A stretch of 64,000 bases of DNA from contig OZ176050.1 in assembly GCA_964247055.1 (NCBI GenBank), forward strand, positions 9,176,001 to 9,240,000. The letters are read 5' to 3'. Positions 1 through 15,000 of the stretch are shown here, one piece after another. The stretch is from Paragordius varius (Eukaryota; Animalia; Nematomorpha). Made by a program: the position numbers and the translations under genes. Below the pieces are notes generated by a model that had not been told where the DNA came from, ran no database searches, and was given only the letters and a program-made list of their open reading frames with translations. Numbering within the stretch: the first letter of the stretch is position 1; every line of letters starts with the position of its first letter.

Positions 1-3000
1 ATAAAACTAAATATATTATATTTACTTGTGTGCTAAATGTCAGATCGTATCCGAGTGTTTGAATATCATTTTCAAGCAAATAAACAAGTCCTTGGTAAAA
101 ATCATAATCTTCACTCTCCATATCGGTATAACTTTAAAAGTTGAAAAATAAATTAATTAATCAAATATAGAGTATGGATTATTTTTATTTTAAGAGGGAT
201 TTCGCCAAGTTGGAAAGCTTTATGGATACTCTGCTCAGACCGACATTAATATGAAAAAATTGAGCAACGGAATTTAAACTTAAATAAATTGAAACAAATA
301 TGAAAATTTGACACTTAAAAATGCCTTTTTAATAGTTTATATAAATTTAACAAAATTATTTAAGTCAAAGTAGGTAGGGCATTAAACTTTTATACTATGA
401 ATGTGAGTATATGGAAGTTTAAAACTTTTAACTATATAATTTTTTTTCGACCATCATTTTCAGTTTTACAGGCGTTAAAGTTTTATGTTCCCAGTTATAC
501 AATTATGTCCTCAACTTTAGGGACAAATAATTTAAATCATTTTTAAAAATTGAAATAAAAAAGAATCATAATATATGAACACTGTTTCTTACTTGACGGG
601 TTTTCCAAGAATGTGTTTATAGAAAGATCTTGTAAAGTAGCATTCAAGATGTTTATTATCGAAAAGCGCTTTAGCTATAACTCGTCCAACAAATTTGAAA
701 TATGATAAATGATTTGAGTTGCAATGTGAAGCCGGATTAATCGTATAAGTTACTCTAAATTATTTAGGCATATAAAAATTTATGCGCATACATGATTAAA
801 AATTAAATAAATAATAAATTAAAATTAACAGACCTATCTCCAGGTGAGATACGGAAAAGGGCATAGTTTGGGTTAAATATTTCTCGTGCAATAATACTAT
901 ACCATTCACGTAATAATCCACCGGCATCTTGGCCTTCCTCGCCTATAAACAAAATAAAAATTTAGAAATGTTGAAAATCGCATCTTCAAAATAGGAAACT
1001 TTATTTTATACATTACCTTCAAAAACGATATAAAAACGACATTTCCATTCACTTGGTGGTTGTCTAAAATGTTTAAAATATAGTTATTACATCCATTAAA
1101 GTGAGTAATATTCTTAATAAATAAAAATATGAAACATAATTAGCAACATATGTGAAAACTTTATTATTGCATACAAAACTTTTTGATTAGCTGCGATTGC
1201 AATATATGTAAGTAGCAAATTTTAATGGGATTATTATGTGTAGAATATTACGCATTTTTGTTGAATAATACGTATATATTAATTTTTAAATTAAAATATA
1301 TAATTTATTAACTGAAAGTGACCATAAATATTTAGAAAATATATTATGCTTTATTACAACTAAAAACTAAATAATTTAACATAAAATATGTATTCTTTTG
1401 TTTTTATTAACACGCTTCTCATCAAAAAATATTTTAAAGACTCCTTAAACTTTAATAACAATTTTAATATGGCATTTTTTATTTGTGAATACCCCTTCGA
1501 AGTTTACTGAAACGTCCCCCCCCCCCAATGTATAATAAGTTGTTTAGACTGGAGATAATTTTATGCATATAGCAGGAAAAACCTACCTGTGTAAATCTCG
1601 GTAGGAATCCTCAAAAACTTGGGATCTCCTCACATGAACTGGTAAATCATCGTTTCGATGATGAGTTCCTCGACCACCATTTGCTGAAGCGGCAAGCGCA
1701 TCCCTAAAATATTTGCGTTTAACATCGAAATCCAAGAGGTGACTGTAAGGCGCTGTCGCAAGTATAGTGAATGGTTCACTCAACCAAGACGTGTTAAGGG
1801 GTCCCCCTGCCCTGTTGTTACGACCACCGGCTGAAGTGATGAGGGATCTTGCAGTGCGTGACCCATCGGCCCCTAAACTGTGGGTCTCATGAATGGCTTG
1901 TCGGAGAATGCGATTAAGGATTTGACGGTGATTACCTAAAAACGTTATAATTATGTTATAAAAATGCTAATATTCCCTCCAATTATAAATTATTCAAAGA
2001 AACATTTTGATTAGGAAAAGAAAATAATGGAACAAATGACTAAATAATTTAATTTTATTAAGATAAAAAAGACATACTTGCAAAACTAAGAAATTTTTTG
2101 GTATCCGATTTCAACGTATCATTATCGGATTCTCTTTCGGGCGTACCTTTATCTTCCATTGAAACTAAGATGTGAAGAAAAATAGAGTTAAAGTTTGGTA
2201 AAAATAATTTTAATTGTGCCAAATACAATAGAATCTGAAAAGGTAAGGCAAAAATAAGAAAGTTTTCAAAAATTTTTATATGTTTTTTGTTGTATATCAC
2301 GAAAAAGTGAATATAAAATATAAATTTGATGGCTGTCTTGACACCACATTTCACAATCTTAAACAATGTAGGTTATAATAAAAAAATCAAATATACTTTT
2401 GCGGACTTTTATTTTATAAACTTATTTTTTGTATAGATTTGTGCCTTATAAATTTTATTTTTAATTTTTGGAAAGCAAAAGAAGCTTATTATTATAAAAA
2501 CCATGATCTATCCCAGCAGTGACTGAATTGCTGCTATCATCCATGGCAAGATGACCAAGTTCCAAAAGATTGGAATCTTGATTTTCCTGTGTAGTTGTGC
2601 TCTCCGTCGTATCTGGAATATTTGTAACGCGAGTGTTAGAAGAAGGCGGTTCTCTTAATACACTAGCATAACTCCTATTACAGTAAAAATTAATTAGAAA
2701 GATAACACATAAAAATAAGAGACCAATATTAAAAAAAATTTTTTAATCCTTAGTTTTCTTACAGCCTAAATGCCTACAATTGTGAAATATATTTCAGTAA
2801 AAATTTCATCTCTATTACTTATTTCGCAATAAATCATTCTAAAAAACATATCCTTACTTATAAAAAACAGTCTTTTAGTTTTCTTAATTTTTATAACTGA
2901 ATATGAGAACGAAAAAACGTAAAACAATCTATCCATTCATTTAAATAGCAATTTTTACATAAATTAAGAATATATATTGATAAAGTTTATATAAATTTAA

Positions 3001-6000
3001 TTAAATATAAAAGGTAGACAGATTGAGTATAACACATATTTATTTTACTATATAAAATAGTATTAAGATTAATATTCATTATGAATCAGTTTATGTTGGT
3101 GGAAAAATGTCGTTTATGTTAATTTTCTAAATTACTCAAAACTTTTAATTGAGTTTTGTTGAAACACCAATTCTTTCTTACCTTGGAAGTGTGGAACGTT
3201 GTCTAGTTAATGCATCTAAAGGATATGATCCTGTAAATATTCGGAAAAGAGCTTCTACGCTTGGACGCAATATAAGGGTCCAATCATCGTGTCTTGAATG
3301 AGCTGTAGTTTGTGCATTCAAACCATCTAAAGTTTCTTCTTCATTGGAGGAATTCGTGTCTTCGTTAGTATTTGTGCCAGCGTTTTCTGGGCTTGTTTGA
3401 TTCGCACCCTATAATTTACACCATATAATTATTAACTTTAAACAAAATGATACAAAACGCAAATTATATACATTAAAGTTGTAAAGCATAAGGGATAAAA
3501 TATGCAAAAGCTATAGATATTCATTTTAAGGAGGTGTTTAATGTATAATGATTTTTTATTTATAGCCTACATAATTATGCTGTTACGTATGGGTAAGGGA
3601 TGCTTAACTCCTTTTTTCCGTATTTAAAATTCTTAGTCCTATTGGCAAAAGAAAAAAACTAAACTTATGGTTCTCTTTTGTGTTTGACTTTACATATGTA
3701 TGTCTTAATTAAAATTCACTGTCTATATATAACAACTATGCTGAATCTCAAATTAAAAAGAAAATTTTTAAAAAACCTCATTCATAGATGTTGAAGGGAT
3801 TCCCAAATTTTGCTCAGTGGCATTATTTTCGCCATCATTAGCGTTCGTAGTTAATAATTCATCCTCAATGAGAAGATCACTGTTCTCAATAAACGCATCT
3901 AGGATATCGTTTATTGATTCTCCCGGGGTGTTATTTAACATTGAAGCAATCTTTGAATTTTTCTGCTTCAAATTGGTATGAATAGCAGTTAAATTGGCAA
4001 GGTGGGAATTACAAAGCGTTTCCAGCATGTCCAAGCATGAACTAAGTGCGTCCCATAAACCGTCCAAATCAGAGAGGTAGATTGATAAACTTTTTTCTGT
4101 AAAAACATTAATAAAAATAAAACTAGTTGTTAATTTTATAAATTTAGAGCGAAAGAATAAGAATGTACCAAAAAATCTGCTAGGATTTGTGGGAGATTCA
4201 TTTTCTCCCAAAATCAATTGATTTTTTATGTCTTCCTTCTGATCAAGGTTTAACACTGATCTCCCATGCTTGTAAATTGTTTGCAAAGTTTTTAGCAAAT
4301 TTAAAAAAATATTTTGATGAGGCAATATAATAGTTGCTGTTAAAGTTTTCAGGTATTTGAAAAAATTGATGGAGATATTAGCTGTTTTCGCAGAAACTTC
4401 CTCCGTAGTAAAAGATGTTGTTCTAGGCCTATGAAAAAAATATTATTTGAAAGTAAAAATTATAATTATAAAAAAAAATTTGGAAAATATATACCTTGAT
4501 TCCGTAGGTGTTGAATGAGTAGGTGTTACATTTACCGTTTCGGGTAAAACGGGTTTTTCCATGTCTGGCATTAAATATTGCTTAAGATTAGATTCAAAAG
4601 TTGTAATTTCAGTTTGTAAATATTTGCCACAATGGAGGAGGGCTTTAACCAGTGGTTCTATAACGTGCGGACCTATCCACATATCCAAGGGAACGAAATT
4701 GCTTTGAACCTTATTTTGAATGTTTATGTCAGATTCGATGGGAAAATTTGTGCCCAATTTCAGACGAATGTTTGCTAAGGAGATGAGTGCTTTATTAATA
4801 TTTTCCAAAGAGCTATTAGTTATCTCATATATTTTAATATTGTCTGTGTTGTTGCTAATGTTTGAGTGTGTTTGAGGTTTTATTAATGCCATCAACATGT
4901 CCACCAACCCGCGTTGAAATAATTGTAAATCAACTAAAAAAACAAAACAAAAAAGAATAAAGGTATTAAAAGGTTATGGAAAATGACTGAGTAGCAAAAA
5001 TATATAAACCAAATTGTGTGTGATAATGTACATCCCCATAATTTTTATATTGATCCCAATTTTGAATAGGGCGTGCAAAGTATCTCCCCAGAACGGTTTC
5101 AATGTACAATTTTTGTTTTAATTTGGGTTCTGTGTTTTTCGTCGATGTAGAAGTTGCAGTTTGTTCTACCTTAGAAGCTATTTCTGTTTCAATATTGGGA
5201 TTAAATGAATGTGATTTATCTTCAGAAATTTCTGAATTTTTCTTCTCCGTATTTAGCATTATTGATTTTTCTGGGCTATTAGTAACACGTGGTAAATTAA
5301 TTTTTATAGCCAAATTTCCAACTGTGGTTTGAGCGATAGCTTCACTCAATGAAGCCAATGTTCGTGTAATTTTGTCCAAATGTTCGTTTTCCATTAGGGT
5401 TGGTCGGACCTAGAGTTATTACGTGCAAAAGATGTAATACTTTTAACTATCTATAAAATAAGAGTTGCATAAATAAAATATACAGTTTAATTTTCCCTCT
5501 AAAAACACTGGAGAAGATATTTGGTTTTATTGAACCTATAAAAGCTATAACAATCGCCTGCTCAGGTGCTGGCAATGATAATAATAAAAAAATAGAATGC
5601 ATTTATATTATAATGAAAATTATAACAAACCCTGTATATTAACTGGTGTTTGCGCGCATTATCATCACATGTTTGAGTAAAAGGCATTATACGCCTGCAT
5701 ATAATTCGTATCAATCGATAAATCGAATTAAGTAAATGCCACTCAATCGCAATTTCATCCGTATCAATTTGTGAGGTAGTAGCCTTACCATCTATCCCCA
5801 CATTAATGTTTGTGTTGTTATTAATGACTCTCATAAAGGGAGATACTGGTGTGGGGAAAGGTAAAGCCCTCCGACATACATCATCTAATAAGGTTTGTGG
5901 ACCCAAACCTTGAGTTGATACGTCATGTTGGTTATGTGGTGAATGATGTGAATCAATATTCGAAAATACGCTGATTCCCTTATCAAGTCGGTAAAATGTA

Positions 6001-9000
6001 TCCCAAATGTTATAATCGTGATGCTTTTGCGGTCGATGTTGATTAGGACTATCTTTTCGTAGGCTCTTTTCTTTTTGATGAATGTTGTTAGTATTATTAC
6101 TATTATCCATATTTTGAAAATTACTAATGATATTAGTTTTACAATCAAGTGTTATGGGATGTAGGATGTAATATGGTGCATATAATAAAGGTAAACTACT
6201 TAAAGTTTTGACACGTTCAACATTATTAGGTATAATCACATGTGAGTCTTTAATGTTCAAAGCATCCTTTGCCTTTTCCTCATCATTTAAATCGTTAACC
6301 ACGCCAGTTTCCTTGTCTTTGTCGGGTACTAAAACTTGACGTAAACTATAATGATTAAGGTGGGCCGAAACAACGGACCCCAGAAGTAAGCCCAAAACAT
6401 CCATACAAACTTGATGTACGAGATTAGTGTAATTTTTATCAATTAAAACGGTTTCAAAGTACAGGGGTGGTAATATATGAGTTGCCTTAGATTTATGGTG
6501 TGACACTACGTCTCGACCACATTTTTCGAAAGATGTCAATGGTGATTTGGGGGATAAATTATTCAAGACATACTGTTCAATGCTATTGGCATACTTCAGT
6601 TGAGGATAATATTGATGTTGAACTGCAATGTGACAACGCTTAAAGATTCGGACACTTTTAGTGTTAACATTGGTACGTGGTGTAAGGGTTAACCATTTGC
6701 AAGAGGTATGTGTAGATTTTTTTCTGTCAATATATAGAAAATATTAGGTAAAATTACAATAAAATCATGTCAAAAAAATCAGAAATACTCTTTGTGAGGA
6801 GAATGAGAATATTTAGGGCATGAATCCAATGCCTGTATCTTCATATTTTCGGTTATTTCGAAATCGTGTCCTTGATAATCACTAACTTTGGCATCTGTAA
6901 AAAACAAAATAAAATTTTATCATTAAAAACGTTAAATAAAACTTTTGGCTAAATGACAGAGATAATAATGCAATTATTGTTATACTAGGTAGGGCAAATA
7001 TTGGACACTCCATCATATCTAATAGCGCCAACAAAAACCACTTGAATGAAGGAAGATATTTGCAAGCCTCTCTAAGCACAACAGCTAAATGAGACCAAAT
7101 ATTGGTTGATAATAACTCATTCATGGCCGATGTTACTTTGGGCGGCTCATTAAATGTTATAGGGTTTGTTGATGTGCTATCAATAAGGTTACATTGCCTA
7201 CATAAAATATATATTAATGGTATTTCTTATTGTATTAGTAAATGATACTTTGTATAATACATAGTATGAATAAACATTGCCAGATTACATTTACAGCAAA
7301 AAGTAATATTTATTTAACAAATGTGTTTTTAATCATGTAAATGAGGAAAAAAATTTTCTGAAATCGAAGTTATGATTTTTGACTCTCGTATTTGACCAAC
7401 AAGCAAAATTAAAAAAATAAAAACTCAAAATTACCCTAAAAATGAAAAACTTTTTGCCCCAAAACCATACCATGAAAAATCATGATTAGCAAAAATTATA
7501 AAACCAAGATTTCAGTAATTTTGAGTATTTTATCACTATCGCAAAATATAATAAGTCATACCTATAAAACGCAAAAATAAGTAATTGCGCTAAACTAAAC
7601 GTGTCTAAGACACGCTTCTCCTGTACAGCCAAAGCTACTGTTTGTGCATTCTTTATAATGGAATAGGTCGAATGTTGTGCCGTTTGTGATTGAACAATGT
7701 TTGTTTGTTGCTGATTTCCCCCTCCTGCGGTTGTAGAATTAGGACCTATTGCTGTACGTCTCGCCCCAGCCGAGACATTATTTTGGCCAGATGTTCCACG
7801 ACGAGCAGCACTTCGAGAGGTGTACCAATGATGATGACCACCATTTGCGTAGCCACCTTATAAGTAATTTTAATTTTTATCATATATATATAAGTGCAAA
7901 TAAAGTTATGATTGTTTATTCATGGCATATTTTCCGATTAAAACAGTAAGTTCACTATATGCCAACACAATGAATCTTCACTTCTTAGGATATGTATGAG
8001 TATATATCTTATATCCTGAACGTTAAAAATAGGTGTAGATAGGCTGAATGTATTCATGAATACAAAGCATTAAGGTATATTTACCAGAAAATTTTCACAC
8101 ATTTGTTTACCACGTGATAAAATTAATATATATCGAAATTATCAAATTTTAACAAAACTAAGAATGTTTTGGCTTAATTGGAACTTGATATTTACATTTG
8201 TTGTAATGACCAATAGTTAAGACCATGGACTGTATTGTAAGCGAGGTAATTGATTTTAACAAATCAAAAATTCAACCATAGTTGTGACTTACGCAATACG
8301 TATTAAACAATAACAAAAATTTAAATTCCCTTGTGTATGAAACAATTACTGTGTGTTAAGCAAAGCAGGAGAATTAACTACCTATAAGACTTTGTTGAAA
8401 AGTACGGTTACGAGATTGAGCTCTTTGTAGATTCCGCGCCTCTCGAGCTAAATCATCGGGCAAAACTGCAATCACACTTTCTTCAAGATCTAACAATACC
8501 TAAAAAAGAACAAATATATCTTTTATGTTTATAATATCAATGATAAAAAACATTATCAAAAACCGGTTCCTATATAAACATACATGGGTCAGTTTTAGTT
8601 TTATAAATATTGGAGCTTTTAACCAAGATAAAATATGGAATCGCATTAAATTTCAACACAATTATGGTAGAAAATACAGTTAATAAATAATGTTAGACAA
8701 TTGAAAAGTGGCATAAAATAAAAGCGATGCCAATTAACTACTTTTACACATTTTTAAAGCCGCTCTTTAAAATATTTATTCCCATTATTAAATGACGTAA
8801 TTATTCTTTAAATTATTTGAAAAAAACTCTTGTTAAACAGAATCCCCCGAAACCAACTATATATAGAGTGTGAGTAAAAGTCCATTGATAATTTTTCCTT
8901 TACGATGCCATAGAGCATTTACATTAAAGAGTATATTGACTTAAAATTAGTCTATAAAATTATTTATTAGTTCTTTTTTTACTTTTAACCAATAATATCT

Positions 9001-12000
9001 CTGTTGTAAATGCTGATATCCTGGCGTTATTAAATGAAATATTTATTATCCATGTATTATTACATGATATAAATGAAAAAAATCGAAGCAAACCACCTTA
9101 CCTGTTGTCTTAGGTGATAAGGTAAACTGTGTATAAAGAGGGCAGGATCGAAATCGGGATTTGTGGAATTGATATTAGCACCCGTTCCTGATCCAGTTGA
9201 ACCTGATTGAGTAACTGGAGTTGTTGCGACCGTTAATGCCGCCACTCTCCGCCTTTCACCCAAAACGTTTTGTCGTTCTTGCTCTTGTTGTTGGAGAGTT
9301 GTGATCTAGGAGAATTAGCCAATCAAATTACAATGAATAAAATGAATTAGTTTAAATAGTTAGACAGATAATTTTTTAGAATAAAGTATATAGGGAAGGA
9401 CCTAACAATTCTAAATAAATAAATAATTTGTACGAGTATAGGAGACAAAATATAATGTTTATACTAATTAAAAAATACAGTAAAAATTGAAACTATACAG
9501 ATACAGATAAAATGTAAATACTAAAAGATAAATATTTTTCTAAAGACAATCATACTTTTTCAAACGTTATTATTCCTATAAAAAATTTATTTTACATTTC
9601 AATTCCTTCTTTAGTACACGAAACGATTATAGTTGTCTTTAATGGAATATATTTGTCCTTTGGTTTTTACATTTTGTCTGCGTATAATTTCAATTTTTAC
9701 CGTCAAATTTTTTACATCATAATGAATTCTCTATATTCCTAATTAATTATTTGAGTCCAATCACCCACCAAACTTTTATGTATGTTTGTGAAAACACTAT
9801 ACTCACTTCGTGTTGGAGAGAGGACGGGAGACCAGCCAAAAAAGTAGGACATACGTCAACTTGAACAGGACCAATAAGGGGTGGCGCTATGGGGGGATTT
9901 ACATTATGTGCATTCGTATTAATCTTTTCAATCTCTTTATTGATTTCAACATTCCTAAGCCTAATTTGTTCACCCATGACCTCTTGCCTAAGGTTTTCAG
10001 GTAAGGCGGATAGAAATGAAGGATCTAACCCATCTAATATTTATTTTGATTCAAAAAATTAATTTATATTTAGAGATGGATGTTATGTAATATTAAAATT
10101 TATAAAGAAAATATAATTTAACCTCCAATCACAATTTTGAAGGTTGGAACGGTAGATTCTATATACATTCAATAAATATAAATTATTATTATAATATATT
10201 TGTAGCAAGAATATAATTTAAATTTAAAACTATTGTATAATTTCTCATAAGTTGCTATAACCTTGAGTTAAAAGAAATGGATTGGGTTCTTCAGGCATTG
10301 TTGTGTTAGATGTTGAGGGCATATCAACGTCCATGGGTACATTATTCCCACTATAAAAATAATATTGTAAATTATATATGTGATCGTTTTTAACCTGATT
10401 TATTATTATAGATTATAAAATTGAGGCTTAGCATTTTTAACATATACATAATGCATTTTAATGGTTGCTTATTTCACACTATATTAGGGCAATGTGCAAC
10501 ACAGTATATGGAAAAAACAAGAAAATGTTGAATATACAATTATTTCCTTTCTTTTTTCCATACACTCCTGTATTGCAAATAGCCCTACTATAGTGTCATT
10601 AAAAGGCATACTGTATAATAAAAATCAATTATATCAAAATGGAGCATAGAGACATACTTATCCTTTTTGTCTTTATCATTCTGGTTTTCTGAAAATGTGG
10701 TAGCATCTATCAATGCATAAAAAATTTATATAAGTAACAGAACTTATAAAAACATTAAAAAATATATATGTGATACTTTGGGATGTTGTCGGTTGTTCAT
10801 TTTCACTATTTTGATGTTCATTATTGTCCACATTGTTATTTATATTATCACGTTTAAGGTTCTCATTATTTATATCAGAATTATCCATTTCAGAAGAGGA
10901 TGAGGAGTTTGAGGAGTTATCATCGTTATCTGTATAAGATTAGAAAATTTTAGATTTAACTTTAAAAAGGTATATGTGGTTTAAATTTTAAGGATAATAA
11001 TTATATTCAATATATAATATGGTGGTACTTATTAAACATAACGCCAAATGTTGATATTGGTAATTAACCATCTCAAAAAAAATTTTTTTCATTTAATTTT
11101 ATAAATTATTTAAAAAATTAGATCTAATAGTGTCAATAAAGACTAGTAGAATAAAAATATGATATGACCCAAAAAATTAAATATTTTAGATTATAGATCA
11201 AATAACCTGGAGCAGATATTTGTTGATTAACTGATGTCGATGTGGATTGAGAGGTAGTTGCGTTAGTAGCATTGTTTTGGCCAATAGGTACATTGATAGG
11301 ATTAACGGTTTTTTTGCGTTTATCTAACATAAAAAATTGAAAATATAAGGTAAAACTTAAAAAATTAAAGGTTCATGTTTGTTTCACAGATAAAGTTTAA
11401 ACACTTAAAATATATTAATATTAAAAACTCATGGTGTGCATTTAAAGCGTATTACTAGAAATACTTTAATAATAAAAGTCAGAATTGTGAAACGCATAGG
11501 TAAATAAAAAAGGCGCTAAATTTGTTAAATTTTAAAGAAAGGGTGGATATGTTTATATTTACTTTATCAAACAGACCTTTTAATTTACATTTATATCTTT
11601 TTATGCTGTATGGTAATAATAAATTTAATTTAAGTATACAATAAAAATTAGATATGAGACATTATAAAAAAATATAAGATTAATAATTCTTGCAAAAAAC
11701 CATATTTTTTTCCATAATTTATTTTGTCCATACGACATATATATTACAATTGATACAAATGTGTAAATTACCAATTGGCATTTCTATTCCTCGTTTTCCC
11801 AAAACGTAGATTACATTACAATTTATATGTATGTTTTTTTTGAAAAAACCTATTTGTCCACTATTTTACAACATATCTTTATACCTTTTTACTTTTACTG
11901 CTTTTCCATTCTTTACTCAATATATATAATACAACAAACTTTTATTTCTTTTATTTTTAGCTGTTTTGTTCAAAGTAGTTTCCTTGTTGGTGTTTTCATC

Positions 12001-15000
12001 CTTCATTTTTTGGGCCAAGATTGCGGCGGCCGCGGCCTCTTTTTCTTTCCTTTCTTTTTCCTGCTGCAATGCTAATTTAAGGGCTGCCTCCTTCTCCGCC
12101 AAATAAACGGTACGGCGTTCATTATAATCGCTCATTAGTTTTTGGAGTATGGCTCCTTTCACAGCTAATATTATCATGGAGAAAAAAAAATGGTAATTTT
12201 GAATTTATTTTTACTTAATACTTATATCATTTGATAAATATATGTCATATTCAGATTTAAAATCACTTTAACTTAATATATTTAACACTTATCGATTATT
12301 TTATGTTTTATCGTTTTTACAAGCGTATTAAAATTTTCAACGAAAGTTTAGTAGCCGTGTGAAATTTTCGAAAATCTGCATATACAACTAAACTGCGATC
12401 ACAGAATTAAATACCCAACATATATATAAAGAAAAACGTTTGTAAAAATATTATCTTTTTTGATAAAGAAATATTAAAAATGCGTAGCCAATTATTCTTA
12501 CATGCTACATAACAATGCATATAGGGACCATCCAACAAGGTTATTTCTTGACACCAATAATATAGTAAAGTTGAAGGAATATATTCATTCGTAAGTATGG
12601 ATGAAATTATGGTTTGATATTGAAGACGTTCATTAGCTTCTGAAGGTGTAACAGACGTATTGTTCTGTAAAAAAGAAAAGTAAAAAATATCATATTAATA
12701 TTTTAAAAAATGCCAAATATGTTTGACAAAACAGTTATTAAAAAGAAATCATACCTGGTTTATGGGCACATCCATATTAAGTGATGATTGCATAATTCTG
12801 TGTGATATAAAATTTTAATATATTATATATATAGATAGAGTTCTTTTTCCAATTTTTATGTAGTTTTTACCTTTTCATATTTATATATAAAAAATAAAAA
12901 AAAACAGGAAATCGTACTGATGATTTAATCCAGTTCCCAAAAGTCGGTTTGTGAATGAATTAATGCATTCACACCATATGGCATCAGGCCTATTTTGGGC
13001 ATATTCATGACGTTCAATTGGATTCTTTATTTGACGAAGAGCATAATCCGCATAGTAATTCTGTAAATTTGATTCTTGAATTCGTGATCTAATATGAAAA
13101 AAAACAATTTCGAAAGAAAGTTCGGAAAAAATATACATTTAGATATTTGTTTATTTCAATATAAAATAAATTAGCTTACATGGATTATCTATAATGCCAA
13201 ATTTAGCATATAATTCTATTAAATAGAATTTTTTGTGATACAGGTAATTTTTTCAACATTATTTTATATAAAAACTTTCCCAACTCCCGACAAATATTTT
13301 ATATATAACTCGCAAAAAAATAAAGCCAAATACTATTGCTACAAAACAATACAAAGACTTTTGATACACCCATTATACGAATAAAATAAAATCATGTTAT
13401 AGCCATAGTACAATAATATATCATAGACTACATATTCGAATATTTCCATAATATTTTATATTGTCGTCCGGAATTATATACAATATTAATTATCACTGAA
13501 TATTCATTCCTATATTCTATCATCTCTTGATTACACTGCTCAACAAGGTTTTGCACCACCCCATAATTTTTGCATTTTCTGATACCTAATGGCATGGAAA
13601 GGCCAAGACAAAAAAGAAAATTGAGGCCACCAATAGGATTTTTCCGAAATTTAATTTTTAAATTTGTATTTAATTTAAAAATAACAATCATTCCTCGTGT
13701 ACATATGTTTAAATATTCAAACGAACAAGTCGATAAAAGTAATGTTCCATGCATGAATAACAAAATTCTAGGCTTTAAATAAGATACTAAACAAGCTAAG
13801 AGCCAAAGTATTAAAAATCTAAAAGGGGCTTATGTATAGTGTGATAGATCGGGGCGGCTGCACAAGCTCTGCATATCCCCCAAACGATCTAATTATGCCA
13901 GATATGGCAAAGATAACAATAAGTAATAGTAAAGCCCGATAAGAGAGACTTGCAAGCAAAATCCAGGCAAATTAACATGTCAAATTAACCAATTCACAGA
14001 ATAAAGTTAGTTAGATAAATTCTCAATTAAATTGAATAAAAAGATTAGGTAAATACAAATGGTCTAATTCCATAATAGTAAATTCTACTAAAAGTGGCTA
14101 CACAACATCCATCTGAAATTAAAAATACAAAACAACCAATAATTTTAAAAAAGTATATCCACTAGGTATAAATGAAATTTTTTTTGTAAGAACCAACTCA
14201 AAAGAAAAAGCCTAAAAAATACTCGAAAGAACAAAAACTAACAAAAAAAATATAGCCTATCTGAAAGCCGAAGGTTTAAACCATAGAATGACTTTTTTAG
14301 TATTTTTTTAAAAATTGTTTATACGTATTAAAAATTCACTTGAAAGAAAAAGTTAAATTTTGACGTTTAAGTCCGTACTATTTTTTTTCTCTCTGATATT
14401 TAAATGACATATTTATATTCAAAAGATAGAGTTTAAAACGCTTTAATAAATGATATTAAGTTTATAATATAATAACATTTTATTATAAAGTTATATTTAA
14501 TTTTCTCTCGATTTTCTCTTGTTTTTGAAAAATTGAAAAACCTATAATAATTGAAAATTCATATTGGCGGGATCAAAATTTTTTTCACATTCGGTTTTAA
14601 AACACTGAAATTAGTCATAATTTAAAAGTTTGAGTGGTGGTGCTCAAAAATGTCTAAATTTGTCGACTAGTGTTATTGACCACACAATTGACAACACATA
14701 CAAAATCATTTATAATTTTTACTACCGATTAGTCCTGGATCTATCATTATTATTGTTATATGTATTGTCCCAATATGAATCCTCATACGTTGAAGCAAAT
14801 AGCTCACGACGTCGACCCGATGATAATGGATGAACTGAGCCAATAACACCGCGTGGATTGTGGCGATGTTGTCTGAAAGACATGTTTCGCCGAGAATTAC
14901 GTCCAGGGATTCGTGATACACCGTTGTTGTTTGCATTTGTGTTGTTGTTTCGTGGAGAAATAATTAAGGGACCGGATGGATGATCAGCGGCGGCTGCTGC

